64,000 bases of DNA. Origin: an uncultured virus (IMG/VR IMGVR_UViG_3300031250_000001) (Duplodnaviria; Heunggongvirae; Uroviricota; Caudoviricetes). The translations under genes and the position numbers were made by a program. Location: IMG/VR virus record IMGVR_UViG_3300031250_000001. One strand, given 5' to 3'. Position 1 is the stretch's first letter. Each line of letters begins with the position of its first letter. Below, in pieces: positions 9,517-17,424 of this stretch. The notes under the pieces are model-generated. The model was not told where the DNA came from. It ran no database searches and was given only the letters and a program-made list of their open reading frames with translations.

Positions 9517-9716
9517 GACCGCCGCTCCATCTCGTCGCCGGTGACGAGGATGTTGACGTAGAGCACTCGCGCCGGTCGCCTGCGCTGTTCGTCGCGGCAT
9601 TCGCTACAGAGGCCGTCGTCCTGGTAGCAATCAGGACAGATGCGCGCCGTACAGTTATCGCCGGCGCACGCTGCTAGGATTTGGTGATCGCGGTGGCAGG
9701 AGAAGCAGGGGATCAT
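9510..9716 (-). CDS. small Cys-rich (Zn-finger-like) protein
   Basis: Several CxxC pairs; RBS upstream. Confidence 0.55.
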   Translation of the reverse strand: MIPCFSCHRDHQILAACAGDNCTARICPDCYQDDGLCSECRDEQRRRPARVLYVNILVTGDEMERRSW

Positions 9717-10093
9717 GGCGCCTCCGCGAGGATAGAGCGGATGCGGGCGACGACGTGGGCGGGGGTTATTGGGCGTCTCGCATACTGCATAGGATCGAAC
9801 GGCCCCCAAACTCCGAAGAATCCATCCAGCGACGAAGAAGTGTAGTGGTGATTGCCGTACAGGATTCTCGGAAAGCCCAATGGCGTCACCGCGACGTACA
9901 ACCCGTCCGCCTGCAGCTCCGGGATTCTAGTTGCCCAGCCCGCAGCGCACGCAGCTGTACCGCAGTCGTGCGGATCACCGCGACCGAACCACTGCGCCAT
10001 TCTGAACTTCGGCGCGATCTCCTCCGCATGCGCCTCCAGCCAATCCGCGAGAATAGTCAGCCGGCGACGATGGTCTGCGGTTAGCGTCGTCAT
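9713..10093 (-). CDS. hypothetical phage protein
   Basis: CGTAACAAGWA motif; ATGA coupling. Confidence 0.7.
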   Translation of the reverse strand: MTTLTADHRRRLTILADWLEAHAEEIAPKFRMAQWFGRGDPHDCGTAACAAGWATRIPELQADGLYVAVTPLGFPRILYGNHHYTSSSLDGFFGVWGPFDPMQYARRPITPAHVVARIRSILAEAP

Positions 10094-10278
10094 GCGGCAC
10101 CGGCCTTCTGCGTCTCGGCGCATTCCTCCGAGCAAAAGTGCTTCCCGTCGCGCACGATCCATCTCAGCTGCCCAAGCTCCCGCTGAATCGCGTCCCTATA
10201 GCTGGCGCGGACGATCGTATATTCCTGGCAGTCGGGGCCGTCACACGTCACGTTCTGCTGTGTGGGTTCGTGAATCAT
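10090..10278 (-). CDS. small Cys-containing hypothetical protein
   Basis: CDGPDC...HFCSEEC; ATGA coupling. Confidence 0.6.
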   Translation of the reverse strand: MIHEPTQQNVTCDGPDCQEYTIVRASYRDAIQRELGQLRWIVRDGKHFCSEECAETQKAGAA

Positions 10279-10640
10279 CCCGCCGCCCTCGCTTGCGCCT
10301 CGCGCACATAGGCGCGGTCAAGGTTGTAGAAGAAGCAGACTTCTCCGCTCTGTTTCAGTGGCCCGATGTAGAGAACGGCCGGTGTTGGTTTCCAGAACGG
10401 CCAGCCGTCATACATGCCGCAGTGGATGACCTGATGGTCGAATCCACTATCGCTGATCCAGCATTCGCGACCGGCTGCTAGATGCTGCTCGACCTCGCGC
10501 AACACATCGGCGCCACGCGACGTACATTCTGGATTGACGCCGCCCTTGCTCGGTCCCCAGTTGTGCTGGGTGAAGTCGTAGGACCAATCGACCGGTCCGA
10601 GCCATTCGCCGATACGGACGGTCTGCGTTTCGTATCTCAT
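10275..10640 (-). CDS. hypothetical protein
   Basis: ATGA coupling at both ends. Confidence 0.6.
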   Translation of the reverse strand: MRYETQTVRIGEWLGPVDWSYDFTQHNWGPSKGGVNPECTSRGADVLREVEQHLAAGRECWISDSGFDHQVIHCGMYDGWPFWKPTPAVLYIGPLKQSGEVCFFYNLDRAYVREAQARAAG

Positions 10641-11011
10641 CCCGCCGCCCTCGCGTCTTGTGCGGCGGCGCGGCTCAGTTGTCTTATCTTGGCGACGACT
10701 TCGTCTTGCCTGCGACCACTAGAATAGTTCCACAACAGCCCTTCGTTCGGGATTTGCTCAATGACAAACCGCAGCGTCTCGACGACGAGCGGGTGACGGC
10801 CAATCTTTATATCGCATCGACTTTCGACGCCGCAGATCTGCCAAACCGCAAGCTTGATCGCATCGACCATGCCGAAGGATGCAGCTCGGGGGTCGAGCGG
10901 GTTCACTACTCCTCGGCCCGCAGCATCGCGGACGTAGTCCCTACTCCAGGCGCCTGGCGGCTCCACAATCTCCGCCGCGCGGTCGAGGATGGTGGCGATT
11001 TGAAGGCTCAT
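10637..11011 (-). CDS. hypothetical phage protein
   Basis: ILDRAAEIVE..GAW...WN...RRQDEVV pattern; ATGA coupling. Confidence 0.6.
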   Translation of the reverse strand: MSLQIATILDRAAEIVEPPGAWSRDYVRDAAGRGVVNPLDPRAASFGMVDAIKLAVWQICGVESRCDIKIGRHPLVVETLRFVIEQIPNEGLLWNYSSGRRQDEVVAKIRQLSRAAAQDARAAG

Positions 11012-11202
11012 GGCTGCACCTTCGGGGTCGGGTACATACAGACGCACCCGTCTGCTCTCGTGACCTTTTCCATACGGCCGCCCGTCGACTGCTGAACGCC
11101 GTTGAGCCAGATCCGACCGCAAGCGCTCTGACAGGCTTCTGGGTCCGGCGTGCAGCCGCTAATCGCTGCGACCATCAACGCGCCGATGATTAACTTCACC
11201 AC
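11008..11202 (-). CDS. small putative lipoprotein
   Basis: GAGGAGG RBS; KLIIGALMVAAISG/C lipobox-like signal; four further Cys. Confidence 0.6.
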   Translation of the reverse strand: MVKLIIGALMVAAISGCTPDPEACQSACGRIWLNGVQQSTGGRMEKVTRADGCVCMYPTPKVQP

Positions 11203-11213
11203 TTCAATCCTCC

Positions 11214-11522
11214 TCAAACCCTGCACTTATGCGTCGAACACCCCACCTCGCCCTCGCGCTCGAACACGATGCAGAGGCATGCGGATTCGCCGCAGCACTC
11301 ACACTCAGGGTCGGCATCGAGGCCGTCGCGCGCGTCGATCACTTCGTCGTTGGGGATGGCGTCGGGGCATCGCGGCGCATCGAGCCGTCGATCAATCTCG
11401 GCGGTGAGCGCGTCGAGCTTCGCGTGCTCAGCCGTGCAGCTCGCGCACAGCGGAGTCGTCGTCGGGCGGGCGCACATGCCGCACGGGACGGAGAAGAGGA
11501 CGGTGTCGATGGTGGCGTTCAC
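11214..11522 (-). CDS. Cys-rich hypothetical protein
   Basis: Multiple CxxC; packed ORF. Confidence 0.5.
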   Translation of the reverse strand: MNATIDTVLFSVPCGMCARPTTTPLCASCTAEHAKLDALTAEIDRRLDAPRCPDAIPNDEVIDARDGLDADPECECCGESACLCIVFEREGEVGCSTHKCRV

Positions 11523-11707
11523 TGCCTGACTCCTTCGCTGTTCCCGCACGCCCCGTGCGCCATGCGGAACTTCAGCAGCGCGGCGAGGAAGAGATCGAGG
11601 CGACGGTTGATCCGGTGTGAGCGCTTGCAGTGCGTGCAGGTGAGCTGCGCACCGTCGCCGACCCTGGTGGCGGTGATGGGGCCGAGGGTGTGCGTCTCAG
11701 TCCCCAT
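11519..11707 (-). CDS. hypothetical protein
   Basis: Packed ORF with CTHC. Confidence 0.5.
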   Translation of the reverse strand: MGTETHTLGPITATRVGDGAQLTCTHCKRSHRINRRLDLFLAALLKFRMAHGACGNSEGVRQ

Positions 11708-11948
11708 CGCTCGGCTCCACGCGGATCGCCTCGACCACAGCCGCATGCAGCGCGTCCGTGTCGAAGTCGCAGGCGCAGCCGTCGGTCAGCTCGACGATGA
11801 AATCCGAGCTGGCGTGGCTGCCGATGTCCCGGCTGAGCTGGAAGCCGCAGAGGGTGCCGCAGGTCGGGCAGCTGACCGTTGAGGTGTGGAGATGGACGGT
11901 CAGGGGGAGCGGGGCGGCGAAGGATTCGGCGAAGGCGGCGTTGTGCAT
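11697..11948 (-). CDS. hypothetical protein, first gene of leftward operon (probably leaderless)
   Basis: ATG 7 nt downstream of predicted -10. Confidence 0.55.
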   Translation of the reverse strand: MHNAAFAESFAAPLPLTVHLHTSTVSCPTCGTLCGFQLSRDIGSHASSDFIVELTDGCACDFDTDALHAAVVEAIRVEPSDGD

Positions 11949-11955
11949 GACCGGA

Positions 11956-11999
11956 CTAGTAGCGCGTAAATTACGCGTTGTCTACTGGTTTCTTACGCG
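11956..11999 (-). promoter_or_regulatory. leftward promoter with palindromic operator in spacer
   Basis: TAGACA-N17-TACTAG on minus strand; spacer holds perfect CGCGTAA-A-TTACGCG (11963-11977); extra half-site 11993-11999. Confidence 0.7.
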
Positions 12000-12081
12000 G
12001 TCTGAAAATAGTTCCCCTTGACGTCTCGGGGTTTCCCGCCACTGGTCAACAAAATCTGATGTGGTACGGCGACTTTTCCGC

Positions 12082-12411
12082 ATGGGTCGCCCGAAGAATC
12101 CGCCGCCACCGCCAGGCGAGGAGCACGACAAGGAATCCCGCTTCGCGTCGAGCCCGAACCAGCGTGCGCTCATCAAGCAGGCGGCCAAAATCAAGAGGCT
12201 GAAGCCCGCGACCTATATGCGGCGCATCGTCCTCGAGCAGGCCCAACGCGACATCGCCGACGAGCTGGCGCGGATTAAGGCCCAGACGGTTGCCGAAGTC
12301 GCCGAGATCTCGCCTGGCTACCAACGTGCGGAGCTGGCCAGCGAGATCGCCAACGCCGCGAATATCCTGCTCGGGGTCGCAGAAAAATTGGGGCGCGTAG
12401 AAAATAATTGA
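12082..12411 (+). CDS. ribbon-helix-helix-like (DUF1778-like) regulator 1, putative repressor
   Basis: ESRF...RALIKQAAK..LKPATYMRRIVL; sits between divergent promoters. Confidence 0.7.
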   Translation: MGRPKNPPPPPGEEHDKESRFASSPNQRALIKQAAKIKRLKPATYMRRIVLEQAQRDIADELARIKAQTVAEVAEISPGYQRAELASEIANAANILLGVAEKLGRVENN

Positions 12412-12436
12412 CTACGCGTTATTTACGCGATATGGC
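12394..12436 (+). promoter_or_regulatory. rightward promoter with near-identical operator in spacer
   Basis: TTGACT-N17-TATGGC; spacer holds CGCGTTA-T-TTACGCG (12415-12429); half-site CGCGTAG 12394-12400. Confidence 0.65.
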
Positions 12437-12447
12437 CTGGTCCCACT

Positions 12448-12675
12448 ATGGCGACCAAGCACAAGCAGCGTAGGAAAGCCTCCCGCAAGTCTGCTGCCCC
12501 GGCCGTGAAGGCCGAAGCCGAGAAGTCGCCGCGCAAGAAAGAGGCGCGGTTCACGGCGGACGACGACGACTTGGAGACCATCGCTCGCGCGGCGCGCAAC
12601 AAGGAGCTGAAGCCGGCGACCTATATTCGGTCGATCGTGATGCCCCAGGCGCGCGCCGACGCGAACGCGGCTTAA
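12448..12675 (+). CDS. ribbon-helix-helix-like regulator 2 (Cro-like position), paralog of 12082-12411
   Basis: KEARF...IARAAR..LKPATYIRSIV..QA. Confidence 0.7.
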   Translation: MATKHKQRRKASRKSAAPAVKAEAEKSPRKKEARFTADDDDLETIARAARNKELKPATYIRSIVMPQARADANAA

Positions 12676-12947
12676 CGCGACGACCGGAACAGTCGCACGC
12701 AACCGCCGGCTATGACTTCCAGGCTGAGCCCGAGCGCGGTCGCCACTTCACTCGGCGACGCATCGCGCAACAGGTGCGCGATGAACGCCTCTTCTCGGCC
12801 GGCCATGACTAACGGGGCCGGCGTCGGATCGGCAAGTAGCCGTGCCAGCATCCTGGTTGCCGCGTTTCGTCGTTCGGTTTTGACTGCTTCGTTCATCACC
12901 ACCGCCGCCACGCCGCAACCCCTATCACGTCGCCGAATTCCGGTCAT
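12672..12947 (-). CDS. hypothetical protein (possible HTH)
   Basis: GGAG RBS; SPSEVATALGLS HTH-like segment. Confidence 0.4.
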   Translation of the reverse strand: MTGIRRRDRGCGVAAVVMNEAVKTERRNAATRMLARLLADPTPAPLVMAGREEAFIAHLLRDASPSEVATALGLSLEVIAGGCVRLFRSSR

Positions 12948-13211
12948 GCTCCCCCCGAAGATGTCCGCACGCGGCGGCGCGTCGGGACCCCATATCCCCG
13001 GCCGATCACGCGATCCAAGATTGTGTGTGCAGAGCGTCGCTGCGGACCGGCGACGCGCACGTACATTAGCCCTTTGTTCGCCTACATTCCATACGGACGT
13101 TTTGCACTACATGGACACCACCCCTAGTGGTCCCGCCGCGCACAATCCCGAATTTCTACGGGTACATCCAAGGCGCGGGCGGGTTTTCCCGGGGAGTGCG
13201 AGGAGCACCGT

Positions 13212-13703
13212 ATGAGCGCCGCACGCTACGCGCTTGCATCGCTCGCGCTTTCCATTGGCGGGCTGCTCGTGAGCTTCGCCGGATGGGCCGGCGTGCTGCG
13301 CGGCGTGGTGCAGCTGCAGGCGTCCGCCGTGCCGAATCGCCGCGCCGCGCTCTGCGTGATCGGCGGCGCGCTCGCGTGCATGGTTGGGATCGGCGTCGCG
13401 GCGGCGTCACCCTTGTTCGGGGGGCTTCACTCCGAGCAGCGAGTGCACGTGGACCAAGGCGAGCACGTATATGAGCACCGCCCAGCCGATGGCGACGTAC
13501 CAGAACGACCAACGCAGGGAGTGAAGCGTATCCTCGGCGATTCTCCATTGCGCATCGGATTTCAGGGCGTCGAACAGGGCGTCGCTCGCCGCGACGAGGG
13601 CCGCTTCCCAGCCGAGCGCTGCCACCAACGCCACGCCGGCGAGAAGCGAGTTGTGTTTGGATATGAAGGACGCTTCACGGCTCGCGCATCTGCGCGCCGG
13701 TGA
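13212..13703 (+). CDS. hypothetical membrane protein
   Basis: GAGGAG RBS, two N-terminal TM segments; C-terminal half overlaps an antisense hydrophobic ORF. Confidence 0.45.
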   Translation: MSAARYALASLALSIGGLLVSFAGWAGVLRGVVQLQASAVPNRRAALCVIGGALACMVGIGVAAASPLFGGLHSEQRVHVDQGEHVYEHRPADGDVPERPTQGVKRILGDSPLRIGFQGVEQGVARRDEGRFPAERCHQRHAGEKRVVFGYEGRFTARASARR

Positions 13704-13715
13704 CGAGGTTTCGCA

Positions 13716-14123
13716 ATGAGGGAGACAGATAACTTAGCTTCCACCCCCGCCCTCGACCTGGATGGGTTGGAGCGGTTGTTGGAAGAGTACAAGAATCTCG
13801 ACGCTGAACTTATGGTGGCGATCGAGAACCGCGCCGACACGTACGAGATGTGGAGCGCTCAAGATCGGGCGAAAGACAAGTTACGTCGCGCCCTCGTCAA
13901 CGCCGCCCCGGCCCTGATTGCGGCGGCGCGGGAGCGGGAAGAGTTGCGCGCCGTGGTCCGCGACCTCGTGCAACTCACCGAAGAGCAGAGCGGACACCTG
14001 GAGCCTGAGGGGTGCAAGTTCTCGGCGCTCGCCTGCATCGACGGCGTGCACGTCGCGGAGTGCCCGGTGAGTGTGGCGCGGACGTTACTTGACCGCCCCA
14101 GCGCGGGGGCGGCGGAGGGGTGA
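13716..14123 (+). CDS. hypothetical phage protein (Ead/Ea22-like motif)
   Basis: GAGG RBS; LDLDGLERLL...NAAPALIAAARE motif. Confidence 0.65.
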   Translation: MRETDNLASTPALDLDGLERLLEEYKNLDAELMVAIENRADTYEMWSAQDRAKDKLRRALVNAAPALIAAAREREELRAVVRDLVQLTEEQSGHLEPEGCKFSALACIDGVHVAECPVSVARTLLDRPSAGAAEG

Positions 14124-14158
14124 TGCTCCAAGTTATGGGACTTATATACTTTAGTCCC

Positions 14159-14187
14159 TTGACTTTGCCGAGGGACTCATCTACTAT
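14159..14187 (+). promoter_or_regulatory. inward sigma70-type promoter overlapping IRL
   Basis: TTGACT-N17-TACTAT; ATG 7 nt downstream (leaderless geometry). Confidence 0.7.
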
Positions 14188-14194
14188 GCAGACC

Positions 14195-14443
14195 ATGAAG
14201 AGCTTGACGGAAATGCAGCAAGAGGCAATCGACGAGATCCTCTCACTCCCCGAGCAGGGCAAGCGGGCGATGGCGTACGGCATGACCCCGCTCAACAGAA
14301 AGTTGCGCAGCGTTCGCCGCGTGCACAAGGACTTCTTGTACGCGATGATCCGCGAAGGGTTCACGTCCATCCAAGCAGAAGCAGCGTGGGGCGATGTTAG
14401 GGACATGGCAGTCCTGGAGCATGGAGCAGAGGAGCAGTCATGA
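14195..14443 (+). CDS. IS1595 passenger gene 1, hypothetical
   Basis: ORF after promoter; ATGA-coupled to next gene. Confidence 0.6.
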   Translation: MKSLTEMQQEAIDEILSLPEQGKRAMAYGMTPLNRKLRSVRRVHKDFLYAMIREGFTSIQAEAAWGDVRDMAVLEHGAEEQS

Positions 14444-15063
14444 GAGTCGACATGTCCGAATTTTCAATCGGCACACTGCTGAAGAAGGATCGTTTGGAAC
14501 GGCTGCGGAAGTTGGCGACGCTCCCCGAGCTGACCGAAGAGAGCACGGACTGCCCCGAGTGTGGCGCTTCCGTCGAATGGGGCAATGATCCTGACATCGG
14601 CGACTGCATCGCGTGCGATTCATGCAGGGCGTTGCGGTTTGATGAAATTGTCGGTGTTCTGTTTGGCGTCAAGAACGACGCCGACCGGGAGTTTGAGCGG
14701 CAGCGCCACGAGGCAAGTTCGCCGGAGGCATTCGTACCGAAGGTGGAGATGGACCTACCGAGAGCCCTCAGAAGTAACCGACACCTATCCGTGGTGCTCC
14801 GGGAGATTTCGGGCCTGGCCGAGTTTCGGTTGAACGAAAAAGGTTCGGGGACCGGAAACCTCGCCAATCTCCGTTGCGCCAAGGGGCTAGCTGAGAACGC
14901 CCTGGTGCGGGCGGGGCTTGCGACCGAGCTTCCCGGCGTCAGCCTTTGCGCGTGGGATAACTGGTACAAGGCCATTCCGGTAGACCTGAAGCGCCGCCTT
15001 TCGTTTGATGACTTCAAGCGTCTTGGTGAGGTGTTCGCCGTGGCACTGGCGGGTTCGCGATGA
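14440..15063 (+). CDS. IS1595 passenger gene 2, Zn-ribbon hypothetical
   Basis: CPEC...CIACDSC; GAGGAG RBS. Confidence 0.65.
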   Translation: MRVDMSEFSIGTLLKKDRLERLRKLATLPELTEESTDCPECGASVEWGNDPDIGDCIACDSCRALRFDEIVGVLFGVKNDADREFERQRHEASSPEAFVPKVEMDLPRALRSNRHLSVVLREISGLAEFRLNEKGSGTGNLANLRCAKGLAENALVRAGLATELPGVSLCAWDNWYKAIPVDLKRRLSFDDFKRLGEVFAVALAGSR

Positions 15064-15521
15064 AGTGGGCCATCATCCCCATAGAGCTGCGTGGTCCGAT
15101 TCGTGAGGCGTTGGGCAATTACGAAGGGTTCACCGCAGCGTTTGAGCTGAAATACATTGTCGGTTCCGGCGAGGAAGTGGTTGTCGGTGATCGTAGCGTT
15201 TTCGGTGCGTGCATCGCCGGCCGGGCCGCAACGCACTTTGCCTTCCCGGCCGACCGGCTCGAACAGTTGGAACGGTATGTCCTTCAACACGCCGAACAAA
15301 TAAAGGCGGCAGAGATTGTGGTCACGCCGTTCGTCCACCTGCTCACCGACGCAAACGGCAGCGAGTTTGCAGTGGTTGCCTGGGGCAAGACCGACGCAGT
15401 CAGGCGAATCGAACAACACGGACCGCCCCGGGTGACCTTGCCCGTCGAGTGGACCGGCGCGTGGGATTGCTGGCCGTCCGACACCGTCACATGGCTTCGT
15501 GATCGAGAAAGCGAAAACTGA
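15060..15521 (+). CDS. IS1595 passenger gene 3, hypothetical
   Basis: ATGA-coupled ORF. Confidence 0.6.
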   Translation: MKWAIIPIELRGPIREALGNYEGFTAAFELKYIVGSGEEVVVGDRSVFGACIAGRAATHFAFPADRLEQLERYVLQHAEQIKAAEIVVTPFVHLLTDANGSEFAVVAWGKTDAVRRIEQHGPPRVTLPVEWTGAWDCWPSDTVTWLRDRESEN

Positions 15522-15539
15522 GCGAGTGTAAAACCCTAG

Positions 15540-16460
15540 ATGAACGACAAAGTAACCATCAGCACCTTCCAGCTCTTCGCCCTGTTCCCCGACCAGGAGA
15601 CGGCCCGCAAGTACCTGGAGGGCCGTCTCTGGCCCAACGGCGTCCGGTGTCCGATCTGCGCGACGGGCGAGAACATCACCCCGCGCAAGCGCGGCTTCTA
15701 TCGCTGCAACGAGTGCAGCGAGGATTTCACCGTGCGCACCGGGACCATCTTCGAGCGGTCGCACGTGCCGCTGCACAAGTGGATCTACGCCATGTACCTG
15801 CTCGTCACGGCGCGAAAGGGCATCTCGTCGATGCAGTTGTCCAAGGAGATCGGCGTCACCCAGAAGACCGCGTGGTTCATGCTCCACCGGCTCCGCGAGG
15901 CGTGCGGCGGAGATCCGACCAAGCTCCGGGGCGTGGTCCAGGTAGACGAGACCTTCGTCGGCGGCCTGGAGGCGAACAAGCACGAGAAGAAGAAGCTGAG
16001 GCTCGGGCGCGGGTCGGTCGGCAAAACCATCGTCGTCGGACTGCGCGACGACAGCGGACACACCAAGGCCAGCGTCATCCCGAACACCGACGCCAACAAC
16101 TTGCAGGGCATGATCCACAAGCACGTCGCGATCGGCGCGACGATCCACACCGACGAGCACGCGGGCTACCTCGGCCTGGACGGGCTGTTCTACAAGCACG
16201 AGAGCATCAACCACGGCGCTGGCGAGTACGTCCGCGACGGAGTCAGCACCAACGCCATCGAGAGCGTGTGGGCGGTGCTCAAGCGCGGCCTGGTCGGCGT
16301 CTATCACCACGTCGCGCCGAAGCACCTTGGCCGGTACGTGGACGAGTTCACCTTTCGGCTGAACGATGGAAACGTGAAGATCCACACGCTCGACCGGCTG
16401 GAGAGTTTCATCGACGCCATCTCCGGCAAGCGACTCACCTACGAGAGGTTGACAGCATGA
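15540..16460 (+). CDS. IS1595-family transposase
   Basis: WPNG..CPIC...YRCNEC Zn ribbon, VQVDETFVGG, IHTDE, TNAIESVW..LKR, YVDEF.FR.N. Confidence 0.95.
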   Translation: MNDKVTISTFQLFALFPDQETARKYLEGRLWPNGVRCPICATGENITPRKRGFYRCNECSEDFTVRTGTIFERSHVPLHKWIYAMYLLVTARKGISSMQLSKEIGVTQKTAWFMLHRLREACGGDPTKLRGVVQVDETFVGGLEANKHEKKKLRLGRGSVGKTIVVGLRDDSGHTKASVIPNTDANNLQGMIHKHVAIGATIHTDEHAGYLGLDGLFYKHESINHGAGEYVRDGVSTNAIESVWAVLKRGLVGVYHHVAPKHLGRYVDEFTFRLNDGNVKIHTLDRLESFIDAISGKRLTYERLTA

Positions 16461-16585
16461 AGAAGCCGCCCCCGATCCTCGACGTGATTGCGGACAAGGT
16501 GCTGAGCTACCAGCCGAAGCCGAAGAGCGCGCCCGCCAAGAAACGGAAGCGGAAGAAGAAGCGACTACGTCAGGCGTCAAGGTAG
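16457..16585 (+). CDS. small basic protein at IS1595 right end
   Basis: ATGA-coupled, MKKPPPILDVIADKVL...KKRKRKKKR; stop lies in IRR. Confidence 0.55.
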   Translation: MKKPPPILDVIADKVLSYQPKPKSAPAKKRKRKKKRLRQASR

Positions 16586-16587
16586 TC

Positions 16588-16785
16588 ATGTATATAAGTC
16601 CCCAAGTTATCCCAGGCAGCGAAATTAACATCGGCGATTGGGTGCGGTTCCAGCGCGGCGGTCAGCTGGTCATTGGCGTCGTCAACTACTTCCGCGACGA
16701 CTACAGTTTTCTCGGTACGATCGTCGTGACCGACATCGGCGAAGTACGATTCAAGAGCATCTTGGAGACACGCAAGGGGCTGTAA
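16588..16785 (+). CDS. phage gene interrupted by IS1595 and restarted from an ATG in IRR
   Basis: 14123-14136 joined to 16611-16785 gives intact MLQVIPGSEINIG... Confidence 0.65.
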   Translation: MYISPQVIPGSEINIGDWVRFQRGGQLVIGVVNYFRDDYSFLGTIVVTDIGEVRFKSILETRKGL

Positions 16786-16827
16786 GTTTCAACGCGACTG
16801 CGGTCGCAGGGGCTCGCAACTCGTTGG

Positions 16828-17424
16828 GTGACGAGGGGCGAGGGGAAGTGGGATCACGTGGCGGGTGCTGGGTTGGATGAGGGTAAGGCTGAACCGGAGC
16901 GCTGGCTGTCGCCAGGGCAAGTGGCGTACCGGCTCGGCACGGCCCAAGCGCGATTCATGCGGTCGGTCTTCGCGCAGTCGCTGCCGTGGGTGAAGCTCGG
17001 CAGCTGGCGGCGTGATTGGCGGATTCGTGAGGGCGCACTAGAAGACGCCCTTCGCCAACGGGAGGAGTCACGGGATGGGCGTGTATCAGGACACGCGCAC
17101 AAACCTGTGGCGGTACGATTTCCGAAGGGGCGGGCGGCGGTGGACGAAGAAGGGGTTCGGATCGGCCGCCAAGGCGCGCAAAGCGGAACACGACAGAAGG
17201 CACGAGCTCGACCAGGGCCTTACGGACTCCTTCTCAACCTTCCAAGCGCTCGCCGACGCGTGGCTGGACGCCGGGGCGATGACCAAGCAGGCGAAGTATC
17301 TGACCGAGGTTCGCTACCGACTGAACCGAGTCTGGTCGCACCTCTCGATGCTTCCGCCGCGCCAAGTGACCCGCGCACACATCGAACCGGTGCTGGTGCG
17401 GCTGGCGAAAACGAAGATGCCTGA
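16828..17424 (+). CDS. excisionase-like HTH protein (C-terminal part overlaps integrase, likely non-functional tail)
   Basis: WLSPGQVAYRLG...LPWVKLG....WRI motif immediately upstream of integrase. Confidence 0.55.
   Translation: MTRGEGKWDHVAGAGLDEGKAEPERWLSPGQVAYRLGTAQARFMRSVFAQSLPWVKLGSWRRDWRIREGALEDALRQREESRDGRVSGHAHKPVAVRFPKGRAAVDEEGVRIGRQGAQSGTRQKARARPGPYGLLLNLPSARRRVAGRRGDDQAGEVSDRGSLPTEPSLVAPLDASAAPSDPRTHRTGAGAAGENEDA

Larger units (their letters stand above)
14137..16602 (+). mobile_element. IS1595-family transposon carrying passenger genes
   Basis: 27-bp IRs 14137-14163 and 16576-16602 (23/27 identical, GGGACTTATATAC...); 8-bp TSD CAAGTTAT at 14129-14136 and 16603-16610. Confidence 0.92.

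Noticed and set aside
3197..11948. Many ORFs ending in RAAA/RKAA/GEAA
   Set aside because: By-product of GGAGGCGGC-type SD sequences overlapping stop/start junctions, not a protein motif
13060..13170. Four TACAT pentamers in a non-coding gap
   Set aside because: Too short and irregularly spaced (21, 25, 55 bp) to call as operators
14397..16631. 744-aa minus-strand ORF across the IS1595 element
   Set aside because: In phase with the transposase and 15060 gene, with H/V/R/D-rich shadow composition; most likely an antisense artefact
16775..16830. GGGGCTGTAAG...GGTCGCAGGGGCTCG resembling a tRNA/tmRNA fragment (possible attP)
   Set aside because: No TTCGA T-loop, cloverleaf or CCA end; no second copy in window
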